Virus record (IMG/VR): IMGVR_UViG_3300042868_007959
Span: 189,880 to 253,879 of that record
Direction: 5' to 3' (one strand)
Length of the DNA stretch: 64,000 bases
Shown here: piece by piece, positions 17,944-27,416 of the stretch
Layout: each line of letters opens with the position of its first letter
Position numbering within the stretch: position 1 is the stretch's first letter
Made by a program: the position numbers and the translations under genes
The notes under the pieces: model-generated
Seen by the model: the letters and a program-made list of their open reading frames with translations, nothing else
Databases searched by the model: none
What the model was told of the DNA's origin: nothing

Positions 17944-18456
17944 TTACATTCCGTTAAATTCGTCTAAGTCAGTTGGTACACAAGTTATTGATCGATAAAA
18001 CCCTTTATACCCACCAATAGTATGTGTGTTATCTGAGAATAATTTACCGTCATTTGAAACTGTAAAATATTTAATTTTTGTTTCTGTTTCAGGATACGCA
18101 ATATAATCACCATAATTAATATCTATACCTAATTCATCCAATTGATCTTGATATACACCTAAAGTAATATTACCCCTTTCAAGTAATCTTAATGAACCAT
18201 CACTGTTATAACTTTTATTGGTAGGTGTTGCGTAACTAAAACTAACAGGTATTTCTATTGGTGGTTTGAACCTTATTTCGTTCTTACCTGCCTCACCATA
18301 AATATCATCATTGGTGGTATCAACTCTATCGACACGATAAAGAATTACCTTAATATTGATATCTCCTTCTAACCACTCTCTTCCAAAGTCAATTTCTAAT
18401 TCAAAATCGTCTTGTGAAAAAAATTTGTTTAATCTTTCTATTGGTACTTTACGCAT
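17944..18456 (-). CDS. neck/head-closure protein (T4 gp14-like)
   Basis: VILYRVD, DDIYGEA...FKPPIEI, GDYI motifs. Confidence 0.65.
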   Translation of the reverse strand: MRKVPIERLNKFFSQDDFELEIDFGREWLEGDINIKVILYRVDRVDTTNDDIYGEAGKNEIRFKPPIEIPVSFSYATPTNKSYNSDGSLRLLERGNITLGVYQDQLDELGIDINYGDYIAYPETETKIKYFTVSNDGKLFSDNTHTIGGYKGFYRSITCVPTDLDEFNGM

Positions 18457-18521
18457 AATTATTAAATCTTATTTATAGATAAATATTTATTTTTAAGAAA
18501 AAATTCCCTATAATTATAAAT

Positions 18522-20315
18522 ATGTTAGATATTAACGATATTAACAATTTGGATTGCGAAAGTTTATTGTCATCATATGAGGGTAAAAACCCTTATATAC
18601 GTTATATGCGTAAAAAATTAACCACTGAAAAGAATTATTTTTTAACCAATAGTCAGTCTAATTATATAAAAAATTACTATTATTGTGAACCTAAAATCAT
18701 AAATAGGGTTGTTGAGTTAACTAACTATTTTTCTGATCAACTTAAAGAAGAACATAAATTAAAAATTACACCTAAAAGAATTTTTATTGACACTCTTTTA
18801 GCGGAATCTGATAAGGCAATTCATGTTCTCTGTAAATTTCATAAGAATCAAGAGGATTTTAAACTGATATGGATACCTGTAACTCAACTTTTAGATGACA
18901 TTCATTATGAAGAATTAACTATCGATGTTGATTTTGAAAAATATAAAGATTTAGATAAAAGAGGTTGGAAGGCATTTAAACATCAAGAAGATGGAATTAA
19001 ATTTTTAATTAATAATAAAAAGTGTATTCTTGCTGACGATATGGGATTAGGTAAAACTTATCAGTCAATAGTTGCGGCATTAGAAAGTAATTCTGAAAGA
19101 GTTTTAATTATATGTCCTTCATCACTTAAAATAAATTGGAAAAGGGAAATTGAAAATTTTTGTGAAGATGTATCTATTATTAATGGTAATCAGTGGAATC
19201 CTGAACGTTTTACTATAATTAACTACGACATTTTAAAAAATTTCCATACCGTAAAGGAAAGGGGAAAAGAGTATGAAGATTGGGAACTTAGAAAAGAATT
19301 ACTAGATTTTAATCCTGACTTAATAATTTTAGATGAGGCTCACTACATAAAAAATCATAAAAGTATAAGGGGGAAAATCATTAAGGATATATCTAAAAGT
19401 TTTAACAATGCTAGAGTTTGGTTATTAACGGGAACACCTATCGCAAATAGACCTATGGATTATTATAATTTATTATCTATAATTGATTCTCCTGTCGCAA
19501 ACAATTGGGTTCATTTTGCAAAAACATATTGTGAAGGGATGAGGTTTAAAAAAGGTGGTAAATTTGTATGGGTTACTAAGGGTGCGTCTAATTTAGATGA
19601 ATTATCTTCTAAAACTAGAAGAACAATACTTAGAAGAAAAAAGGATGAAGTTTTAGATTTACCTGAAAAATTAATTACACCTGTTTATTTAGAATTACAA
19701 AATGTTAATGGATATCGAAATGTTTGGGAAGACTATTTAAAAAATAGGAAAATTGATGGTAAGAAGGGTAACCCTGCTAAGGATCTTGTTGAGATGACTC
19801 TATTAAGAAGTTTTATCGCAATGGAAACTGTACCATACTCAATTGAAAAAGCGGAGGAAGCTTTAGAATTAAATAAAAAGGTTATTATCTTTTGTAATTT
19901 CAATGAAGAGATGGATACTTTTATACGACATTTTGGTAATAAATGTGTTTCAGTAAGAGGTGGGATGACAGATAAACAAAAACAACAGTCAGTAGATAGA
20001 TTTCAAGAGGACGATAATTGTATGGTATTTATAGGACAAATAAAAGCTGCGGGTGTTGGGTTAACTTTAACTAAGGCAGAAATTGTAATTATGAATTCTT
20101 TAGATTGGGTACCAGGTAATCATGAGCAGGCAGAGGATAGAGCATATAGAATTGGACAAAAAGAAACTGTGAATATTTATTATATGTTGATAGATGAAAC
20201 TATTGATACTTTAATATGGCACATATTAAATGAAAAAAGAAAAATTATCGGAACTATAATGGGTGAAGATGAAATAATAAATGAATTTTTAAAAAATATT
20301 GAAAATGGAAAATGA
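18522..20315 (+). CDS. SNF2-family (SMARCAL1/HARP-like) helicase
   Basis: LADDMGLGKT, DEAH, LTGTP, GVGLTLT, QAEDRAYRIGQ. Confidence 0.92.
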   Translation: MLDINDINNLDCESLLSSYEGKNPYIRYMRKKLTTEKNYFLTNSQSNYIKNYYYCEPKIINRVVELTNYFSDQLKEEHKLKITPKRIFIDTLLAESDKAIHVLCKFHKNQEDFKLIWIPVTQLLDDIHYEELTIDVDFEKYKDLDKRGWKAFKHQEDGIKFLINNKKCILADDMGLGKTYQSIVAALESNSERVLIICPSSLKINWKREIENFCEDVSIINGNQWNPERFTIINYDILKNFHTVKERGKEYEDWELRKELLDFNPDLIILDEAHYIKNHKSIRGKIIKDISKSFNNARVWLLTGTPIANRPMDYYNLLSIIDSPVANNWVHFAKTYCEGMRFKKGGKFVWVTKGASNLDELSSKTRRTILRRKKDEVLDLPEKLITPVYLELQNVNGYRNVWEDYLKNRKIDGKKGNPAKDLVEMTLLRSFIAMETVPYSIEKAEEALELNKKVIIFCNFNEEMDTFIRHFGNKCVSVRGGMTDKQKQQSVDRFQEDDNCMVFIGQIKAAGVGLTLTKAEIVIMNSLDWVPGNHEQAEDRAYRIGQKETVNIYYMLIDETIDTLIWHILNEKRKIIGTIMGEDEIINEFLKNIENGK

Positions 20316-20574
20316 TGTTAGAGTAAAAGTATTTTCGATGAAAGGTTGCCCTCATTGTGAAAATCTGAAAAATAAATTAAATGAAAACAATATAGATTAT
20401 ATTGAAATCGATATTGATGAGAATGAAAAGTTATATGAAACCTTTTCTAAAAAGGTTGACAATGAATTTTTACCCGCAATACTAATTGATAGAACCGCAT
20501 TTGTTCCAGAAAAATCTTTTAATACGATTGATGAGGCAGTAGAATTAGTTAAGAACCACTTTCTTCTGGATTAA
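20299..20574 (+). CDS. glutaredoxin-like protein
   Basis: VKVFSMKGCPHC, cis-Pro FLPAI; likely start is ATG 20305. Confidence 0.85.
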   Translation: MKMENDVRVKVFSMKGCPHCENLKNKLNENNIDYIEIDIDENEKLYETFSKKVDNEFLPAILIDRTAFVPEKSFNTIDEAVELVKNHFLLD

Positions 20575-20917
20575 TTTCATCATGTATATTTGAGTCCCAA
20601 TTTTTGGGTGTATGTTTGTCGATAAATTTTGCGATTCTATTGATTAAGTTATTCTCATTCTCATTGTCTTCGACATGACCAAAACCCTCACCGTCATTGT
20701 GACCTAAATCATGTACCAAATCTTTTTTAAATTCAATGATTTCCTTTCTTTTTTCCTCATCATCGCATTCCTGATAAGCGTTTTCAATTAACCTTAAAGC
20801 GTCTATCAGTAATTGTTGTGCCTTATGTAGTGATGACATACAAGCATTATCTCTACCATTAAGGGGATCACCTAATTCATTTGTATAAGATTCCTTTATG
20901 ATGTCACCAAATTTCAT
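20549..20917 (-). CDS. hypothetical protein (IIKES leader)
   Basis: 122-aa ORF co-oriented with 20917..21288. Confidence 0.55.
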   Translation of the reverse strand: MKFGDIIKESYTNELGDPLNGRDNACMSSLHKAQQLLIDALRLIENAYQECDDEEKRKEIIEFKKDLVHDLGHNDGEGFGHVEDNENENNLINRIAKFIDKHTPKNWDSNIHDEINPEESGS

Positions 20918-21288
20918 TATTTTAGTGACAACAAGTATCTTAATTTATTTAATTCAGCCATAACTTCATCTCTTATATTTAAAAGGTCACTATCGTTTTC
21001 AGAATTAAGTTTTTCGTTTAAACTTTTTAACCAAGAAATATTTTCTTTTATAAATGAATTTAAATCTAATGTTTCAGTATTTTTTAAGATAATACTACCC
21101 TCACCACTTTCAAAAGTTACTCTACCATATTTTCCCATATAAGTTTCAATAAACCCATCGATTAAGTCATCTAATGAATCATAAATCCCTCCATAGGCAC
21201 TATGTTTTGCAAATGATTTAGTTTGCCAATGCAATACTCTGAATTGTTGTTGCATTCCAACAAATTTTATTACTAGTTCCTCTTTCAT
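20917..21288 (-). CDS. ferritin/Dps-like phage protein (DUF5856-like)
   Basis: HWQTKSFAKH...YDSLDDLIDGFIETYMGKYGR...LLNIRDE...KLRYLLSL. Confidence 0.75.
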   Translation of the reverse strand: MKEELVIKFVGMQQQFRVLHWQTKSFAKHSAYGGIYDSLDDLIDGFIETYMGKYGRVTFESGEGSIILKNTETLDLNSFIKENISWLKSLNEKLNSENDSDLLNIRDEVMAELNKLRYLLSLK

Positions 21289-21343
21289 ATTTTTTACTAT
21301 ACATTTATCAATTATTAGATATTTATTAATAAATATATCAGTT

Positions 21344-22486
21344 ATGCCAAATTATTTAAATGATGACTTAAAAAATGAATTATTTACACAAATAAAACAT
21401 AGATTAGGTGCACCAATTCGAAAAATTGAGTTAGATTGGGATCAGATGAATTCCCTTTTAGAGACCGCAATTGAGGATTATGCTCAAAGAGTACAAGATT
21501 GGTTGATAGAAAACCAATGGTCTTCAGTATTAGGGAAACAAGCGGATAAAATTGATATTGCATTTGCGTTAACAACAAGATCATTGGATTTTGAAAGTAA
21601 TTTTTCTTATGCGTATTCTAAACAAGTTGGATTACAACAAAGAGGTCCTTGGGAATTAAAGAAAGATTATGTAACTATCATAAGAAATCAACAAGTATAT
21701 CAGATACCTGCTGGTAGAGAAATAAATGAAATATTATGGTTAACACCGAACTCTACTAATCACGCATTATATTCATTTGCGGGATTTGGTGATTATGGTT
21801 TTGGTGGTGGTTTTGGTCAAGTACCTTACGCTGGTTGGGGACAAGGTGGTGGATTAGGTAATGGTGGATTTTATGTAGCACCCGCTTTTGATGTATTACT
21901 TAGGGCAGCTGATTTTAGTTTAAAATCTAAATTATTAAGAAGTGAGTTATCTTATAAAGTTACTGCAGGACCTAATGGTACTAGATTATTACATCTTATG
22001 CCGATACCTGGTAGTAGAATATCTTTTGCATCCGCAGGTTTACAAGGTGGACAATTAGGGATATCGGGTACAAAAGTTTGGTACCACTACTATGAATCGG
22101 GAGATGATAGAGATAAATGTTTAGCAGAAAACTCTGACATTATAAAATTACCTAATGATGTACCATTATCTAAATTAAGATACTCTGATTTAAATGAACC
22201 TACAAAGATTTGGGTTAGAAGATATTTAACTGCATTATTTAAAGAATCTTTAGGTAGAGTAAGAGGTAAATTTAGTGGGGCATTAAAAGTACCAGACGCT
22301 GAGTTAACTATGGATTTTGATAGTTTACTTAATGAAGGTAAAGAAGAACAATTAAAGTTATTAGAACAATTGGATTTAAGATTAGAAAGATTATCTAACG
22401 TAAAACAATTGGAGAATAAAGCTTTAGAGGCAGAAAATTTAAACAAATCATTGACTTATCGACCTTTGGGTCTTTACGTCATATGA
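21344..22486 (+). CDS. gp13: neck protein (T4 gp13-like)
   Basis: LGAPIRKIEL; WVRRYLTALFKESLGRVRGKF; LLNEGKEE. Confidence 0.8.
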   Translation: MPNYLNDDLKNELFTQIKHRLGAPIRKIELDWDQMNSLLETAIEDYAQRVQDWLIENQWSSVLGKQADKIDIAFALTTRSLDFESNFSYAYSKQVGLQQRGPWELKKDYVTIIRNQQVYQIPAGREINEILWLTPNSTNHALYSFAGFGDYGFGGGFGQVPYAGWGQGGGLGNGGFYVAPAFDVLLRAADFSLKSKLLRSELSYKVTAGPNGTRLLHLMPIPGSRISFASAGLQGGQLGISGTKVWYHYYESGDDRDKCLAENSDIIKLPNDVPLSKLRYSDLNEPTKIWVRRYLTALFKESLGRVRGKFSGALKVPDAELTMDFDSLLNEGKEEQLKLLEQLDLRLERLSNVKQLENKALEAENLNKSLTYRPLGLYVI

Positions 22487-25315
22487 GAATTCATCTGCAA
22501 TTCCATAATCCTCAAACATATATGTAGGAGATACACCTATACGGTTCCAGAATTCTAATTCTTCATCAGTTATAGTTAATAAATCTATTAATTTATCTTG
22601 ATCACTTTCGTTAAATGGTTTACCTGATGTTAAAGTTAATTCTTGTGCAGTAAAATACTTTCTTTCTAATGGTGATGTTATCATTATATCTTCCCTAACA
22701 GAAGGATCGAAACATACTAATAATGGTTTTACTCTTTTATTGAAGGCATCTAAATATCTTTCTACATTGTATTCACCTGTCGCATTTGGATCATTTTCTA
22801 AAAGATTATTTGGTATGTATCTACAATTTACAACAATATCTACCTTTGAGGTGTCAGGCATCTTACCATTACTAATATAATAAAGTTCAGTTTCTTTTTT
22901 GGTAAATTTACTATGTGCCTTTGTCTGAACATCTCCATGTGATTTTTTACTACCTGTATTTACATAATAAATTGTATCACCTAAATTAACATTTAAATTT
23001 TCATTAATAATTAATTCCATATGAGCTTGTCTAGCCATTGACCCACCAGATTTATTTGTAGTTTTCATTTTCTTTTTGTACTCATCTAAAGATATCCTTA
23101 CTCTAGATTTATTGGCAATTTTAGAAAGTGGTATTTCTTGATTATAAATCATTTCTATTGTTTCATAATATTCAGTCACAAATTCTAATCCGTTACCATC
23201 TAAAAGAAGTCTGATACCTTTATCGATAAATTCAGAAATATAAACTGGCATTTTTTTAGACTTAATAGAGTTACCCACTAATTTAACTTTACCATCTATT
23301 AAATCTGCGTAATTTTTTCTCGCTAAGTTAATAGTTGCGGAACATATTTCATCTACATCTAATCCCATCACACCTTTCATATACTTATCATTATATTCAG
23401 AAACTACTGCAGACATTCCTTTATATGTTTTACCTAATTTATTGAAGTGATGATTACCATTTGACGTATAAACATATCTATCTACATCGTTTGGTACAGA
23501 GAAGTTGAATCCATCTGTATCTCCCACTAATGGTTTAAATCCTTTTGATGCGAAAAATCTAATCATATGTCTTAGATATTGTCTACCTGTACATGTAATT
23601 TTTTCACCCATATCTGAATCACCCCAAGGATAAACGTTTGGTGCGGAAATAGAGCCAAACATTCCATTATTAAGAATTTTAAGTGGTAATTGTTTTTTAT
23701 CATAATATGAAGATTTTTCTGAATCACCCTCAACCTCATATTTCTTCTTTAATTCTTTATAAAGATTTCTATAGTCATAGTTGTATTGTAATAACCCTCT
23801 CATTGCACCCATAACATCACAATCAGTAAATACATTATGTGTCAACTGAATAGATGGGTATAGGGAAGCAAAGTCAAATTTAACTACATTTTGACTAAAA
23901 CCTACTTCTAATAATCTAGATAAACCACCTATAAACCCTTTAGATGGCATAGTATGTGGGATTGCAATACCACTTCTATAATACCACCCTAACATAAGTA
24001 ATTTCCATGTTGCGGCAGTACCCATTGTGGATGATCTCATAAATGATGTTGGTAAAACTTTAGATAAAAGAAAAGTTGCTTGATTAAAAATATTATCTAC
24101 CTTTTCTGTTTCCCATAAGTCATCTATTAGATATCGTTCTACAATATCGCAACCTTTTAGTTTAATTAATCCACCATTATTTAATAATTGTTCTACAGTT
24201 TCATCAGATAGGTTAACCTCACCAGCGATATCCTTTATCTTACCCCAGTTACCATTTTCTTCGTTTAACCAATAATCATTTTCAGTATCTCCATATATTT
24301 TACCTAACTTATCACCTTGTATATAAACTCGATTTGATTTTGCAACATTGGAGTATTTTGTTATATATTTTAATCCTGCCTCTTTAATAGAAGAATTAAT
24401 CGCTTGTGCCCTTCTAACTGCATGATATACATCCATAATATTATACCCCCACATATGTGTCTGTTCATAATTTTCCATTTCAGGACCCATTTTAAGTGTT
24501 TGAGTCTTTCTATAAAATGGGATACTTCCTAATGTCTTGGCAATTTTTGTAATATCAATACCTAAAATCCTGCATCTCTCAACTATAAAATACCAGTCAA
24601 AGTTCTCTGAATTATATCCTGATATAATTGCTGGTTTAAGATGGTTAATAACTTTAAAAAATGTTGTTATTGCTTCTGACTCTCTATCGTTTATTTCTTC
24701 TTCTGTATCACCGTTTATAGAAAGTACATGTTGGAAATCTCTATTATCCTTCATACCAACCTGAAATATCCTACAAGTTTTAGGATCTAATCCAGTTGTT
24801 TCTAAGTCAAATGAAAATCTATGGACATCATCATATTCGTCCATCCCTTTAAAAAGTCTTTTACCTGATTGTATTAAAAATTGTTCAGTAGGACTGATAG
24901 ATAAAAAGTTACTTCTATTTTCTTCTAAGAATATATCCATCTTTCCCTTTTTGAAAAAATTTAATAAATCCCCATAAGTACCTCTCGATCTAACTAAAAA
25001 TTTATAACCATTTTCTAAACGTGATACCGTATCATCATTTTCATCTTTTATCGATAATGGTATAAACTTAATTTTATATTCTTTGATTTTGTTTCTAATT
25101 TCTCTTCTATCTCCACCATATAACTTACTTAAGTCAATACTCTTCATCCATAAAAAGGGAGTAAACTTATGTTTTTCTATACGTTTCCCATTTTCTGGGT
25201 CGTGTATGATAAGATAAACTTTGTTTTCGTAGTATGAGGATTCTACCCCAACTATATATTTTTGTTCATCGTATCCCTCTAAATACTCTTTAATGTCATC
25301 TACTGAAGCAAGCAT
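22448..25315 (-). CDS. polB: family B DNA polymerase
   Basis: ExoI FDLETTG, ExoII GYNSENFD, ExoIII YLIDD; DFASLYPS, KILNNGMFG, GDTDG. Confidence 0.95.
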   Translation of the reverse strand: MLASVDDIKEYLEGYDEQKYIVGVESSYYENKVYLIIHDPENGKRIEKHKFTPFLWMKSIDLSKLYGGDRREIRNKIKEYKIKFIPLSIKDENDDTVSRLENGYKFLVRSRGTYGDLLNFFKKGKMDIFLEENRSNFLSISPTEQFLIQSGKRLFKGMDEYDDVHRFSFDLETTGLDPKTCRIFQVGMKDNRDFQHVLSINGDTEEEINDRESEAITTFFKVINHLKPAIISGYNSENFDWYFIVERCRILGIDITKIAKTLGSIPFYRKTQTLKMGPEMENYEQTHMWGYNIMDVYHAVRRAQAINSSIKEAGLKYITKYSNVAKSNRVYIQGDKLGKIYGDTENDYWLNEENGNWGKIKDIAGEVNLSDETVEQLLNNGGLIKLKGCDIVERYLIDDLWETEKVDNIFNQATFLLSKVLPTSFMRSSTMGTAATWKLLMLGWYYRSGIAIPHTMPSKGFIGGLSRLLEVGFSQNVVKFDFASLYPSIQLTHNVFTDCDVMGAMRGLLQYNYDYRNLYKELKKKYEVEGDSEKSSYYDKKQLPLKILNNGMFGSISAPNVYPWGDSDMGEKITCTGRQYLRHMIRFFASKGFKPLVGDTDGFNFSVPNDVDRYVYTSNGNHHFNKLGKTYKGMSAVVSEYNDKYMKGVMGLDVDEICSATINLARKNYADLIDGKVKLVGNSIKSKKMPVYISEFIDKGIRLLLDGNGLEFVTEYYETIEMIYNQEIPLSKIANKSRVRISLDEYKKKMKTTNKSGGSMARQAHMELIINENLNVNLGDTIYYVNTGSKKSHGDVQTKAHSKFTKKETELYYISNGKMPDTSKVDIVVNCRYIPNNLLENDPNATGEYNVERYLDAFNKRVKPLLVCFDPSVREDIMITSPLERKYFTAQELTLTSGKPFNESDQDKLIDLLTITDEELEFWNRIGVSPTYMFEDYGIADEFSYDVKTQRSISQ

Positions 25316-25343
25316 ATTTTATTTATTAAAAACTTTTTAAGTA

Positions 25344-25375
25344 CAAATATACTAAATTATTTTTAATATATCAAT
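25344..25375 (-). promoter_or_regulatory. Bacteroidota-type promoter for polB
   Basis: ATTG-N20-TATATTTG on the - strand. Confidence 0.5.
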
Positions 25376-25739
25376 TATCTAAAACATTTATAAATAATTC
25401 GTCTCTAATAGGTGCGATTAATTTACCTGTACCATCTAGAAAATTAATTGTAAAGTACCCATTATATCTTCCAGACTTATTTGTTTGTTGTTCTGTAAAC
25501 TTATATGTTATAAAATATGTTGGGGTTTCACTATTTTCACAATCATTGGCAACCGACATTTCTATGTATGATGGTGAACATGAAATTTTTTTGACTTTTG
25601 TTTCTACATCGTACATAGTAAATGTTATAGTAGCGTTTTGTATTTTCTCATAAAACTTACGAAAATCATTTCTACCGTCATTAACTAATTCCATTTTTAG
25701 TTTTGGTAGTGTACTATCTTTGTTGATAAAAAATTCCAT
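25371..25739 (-). CDS. BppU N-terminal-like baseplate/fibre adaptor
   Basis: FINKDSTLPKL...ATITFTM...YKFTEQQT..SGRYNGYFTINF. Confidence 0.55.
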   Translation of the reverse strand: MEFFINKDSTLPKLKMELVNDGRNDFRKFYEKIQNATITFTMYDVETKVKKISCSPSYIEMSVANDCENSETPTYFITYKFTEQQTNKSGRYNGYFTINFLDGTGKLIAPIRDELFINVLDN

Positions 25740-25751
25740 ATTATATAAATA

Positions 25752-27416
25752 TTAACCATTATTAATTTCTTCCCTTATTGTTGTAATATCTAAACTACAA
25801 CCAAATAATTTAAATTTACTAATCCCACCTTCAAAAGTACCAGCAAAATTTTCTTGTAGTACTAAGTTTTCGTCCTTAATATCAGGACCATTAACCGTAT
25901 TAGATTCTATTAATCCTTGAGTACCTCCACCTAAACTGTAATTAAATGGAACACCTTGTTGTTTTTCTCTATATTCATCTAATTCCCTAAAAATAAACTC
26001 ATCAAAATCCTCTAAAGTCCATTTTAAATATCCATTAACATAAACTGTTAATACACCTTTTCTTCTAGGTTTATTCACTAATTCACATTGGGTATATTGT
26101 TCATAAGGTTTAAACCTTATTGCAACATTTGTCCACACATCTTCTGATATAATACCAGGAGAACTATAACATTCATAAATACTAGTTCCTGTAACATATT
26201 TTGTGGTTACCGAAGTTGCCGTAGTAGTTCCTGTACACCCACATCCACATTGTTCATGACAATCTACTATTGTCGTTGCCGTAACTGCCGAACAAACTCC
26301 TGTCAATATTATAGTTCTAAACCCTATACTTCCATCATCCTTAATTCTAAACCCTAATGCGTTATCTATAATGTCCGCATTTTTATCTTTTTCTTGTGTT
26401 ATTTCTGTAGTTATACCACTAAAACAACAACAACTTGATGGTTGATATACTAAAAAAGGATTATTATTTAACACTTCTTCTGAAATCACAGGTGGGGGTA
26501 AAGGATATCCTGATGAGGTAGTATACCCAGTTTCACCACTAAATAAATCCCAAAACTTATTTTCTGCCCTAGTACCCATATAAAAGAAAAATCCTTTATT
26601 ATTAGGGTATGTATTATTAAGTGTATTACCTACACAAGATTCGGAACTTTTATTTAATAAGAACGTTGCCGTCCACCCATCTAAACATTCGACATCTAAA
26701 CCACCTAATCTTTCAGGTAATATTTGATAATTGTATGGAATTGGTTTTGTATCTAAATAACATTGATACGCCTTATTCGGATCGACAGTACAAGTTTGTC
26801 CTGTTGTATCACCCGTACCACAACAATCAGTTACGGTGTCTCCACTACAAATAGTAGGACATCTAAACCAATCTAACGGCCAAATAAATTTATTATCACT
26901 TATTTCATTGAAATAGGTGATATCAGATAATTTAAAGAATCCTTGATAAAACCCACCACATAATTGAGAATATCTACCTACCTCTAAGTCCGTAAGAACA
27001 TCTATTGGGTAATCGTATGTACAACCAGTAACTCTAGTCATAGAGAACCTTGTATCTGCTGATGTTAATGTTAAAGATGATCCTGTAAACGATGATAAAA
27101 AAGTTGCCCCACTGGTTGGTGTATTACAATCGTATATTATAAAACCATTATCAATACCCGTCAAACCAATATCATTTAATGTGATTCCACTACCATTGAT
27201 TGTTGCACCTGTCCAAGTAGTTAAACTATAAAGAGTATTTCCTGAGTAACACGCATCATTATCAATATCAATGTCAACTAAAATACAATCCTCTAATATT
27301 TGATCATTATCTTGTTCGTCTGTACAATCATAACATAAAAATAAGTCCCAGTAGTCACTGTTACTTAATCTCATTTTTAAACAATTGTCAAAATTATGTT
27401 GGTATATATTACTCAT
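25752..27416 (-). CDS. Cys-rich virion protein with LamG/ConA-like C-terminal domain
   Basis: WTNVAIRF, LTVYVNG, LGGGTQG, FEGGISKFKLF. Confidence 0.55.
   Translation of the reverse strand: MSNIYQHNFDNCLKMRLSNSDYWDLFLCYDCTDEQDNDQILEDCILVDIDIDNDACYSGNTLYSLTTWTGATINGSGITLNDIGLTGIDNGFIIYDCNTPTSGATFLSSFTGSSLTLTSADTRFSMTRVTGCTYDYPIDVLTDLEVGRYSQLCGGFYQGFFKLSDITYFNEISDNKFIWPLDWFRCPTICSGDTVTDCCGTGDTTGQTCTVDPNKAYQCYLDTKPIPYNYQILPERLGGLDVECLDGWTATFLLNKSSESCVGNTLNNTYPNNKGFFFYMGTRAENKFWDLFSGETGYTTSSGYPLPPPVISEEVLNNNPFLVYQPSSCCCFSGITTEITQEKDKNADIIDNALGFRIKDDGSIGFRTIILTGVCSAVTATTIVDCHEQCGCGCTGTTTATSVTTKYVTGTSIYECYSSPGIISEDVWTNVAIRFKPYEQYTQCELVNKPRRKGVLTVYVNGYLKWTLEDFDEFIFRELDEYREKQQGVPFNYSLGGGTQGLIESNTVNGPDIKDENLVLQENFAGTFEGGISKFKLFGCSLDITTIREEINNG

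Noticed and set aside
22448-25315. Intein or intron in PolB, helicase or capsid genes
   Set aside because: Lengths are ordinary; there are no C...HN splice motifs or LAGLIDADG/HNH inserts, and the motifs are contiguous.
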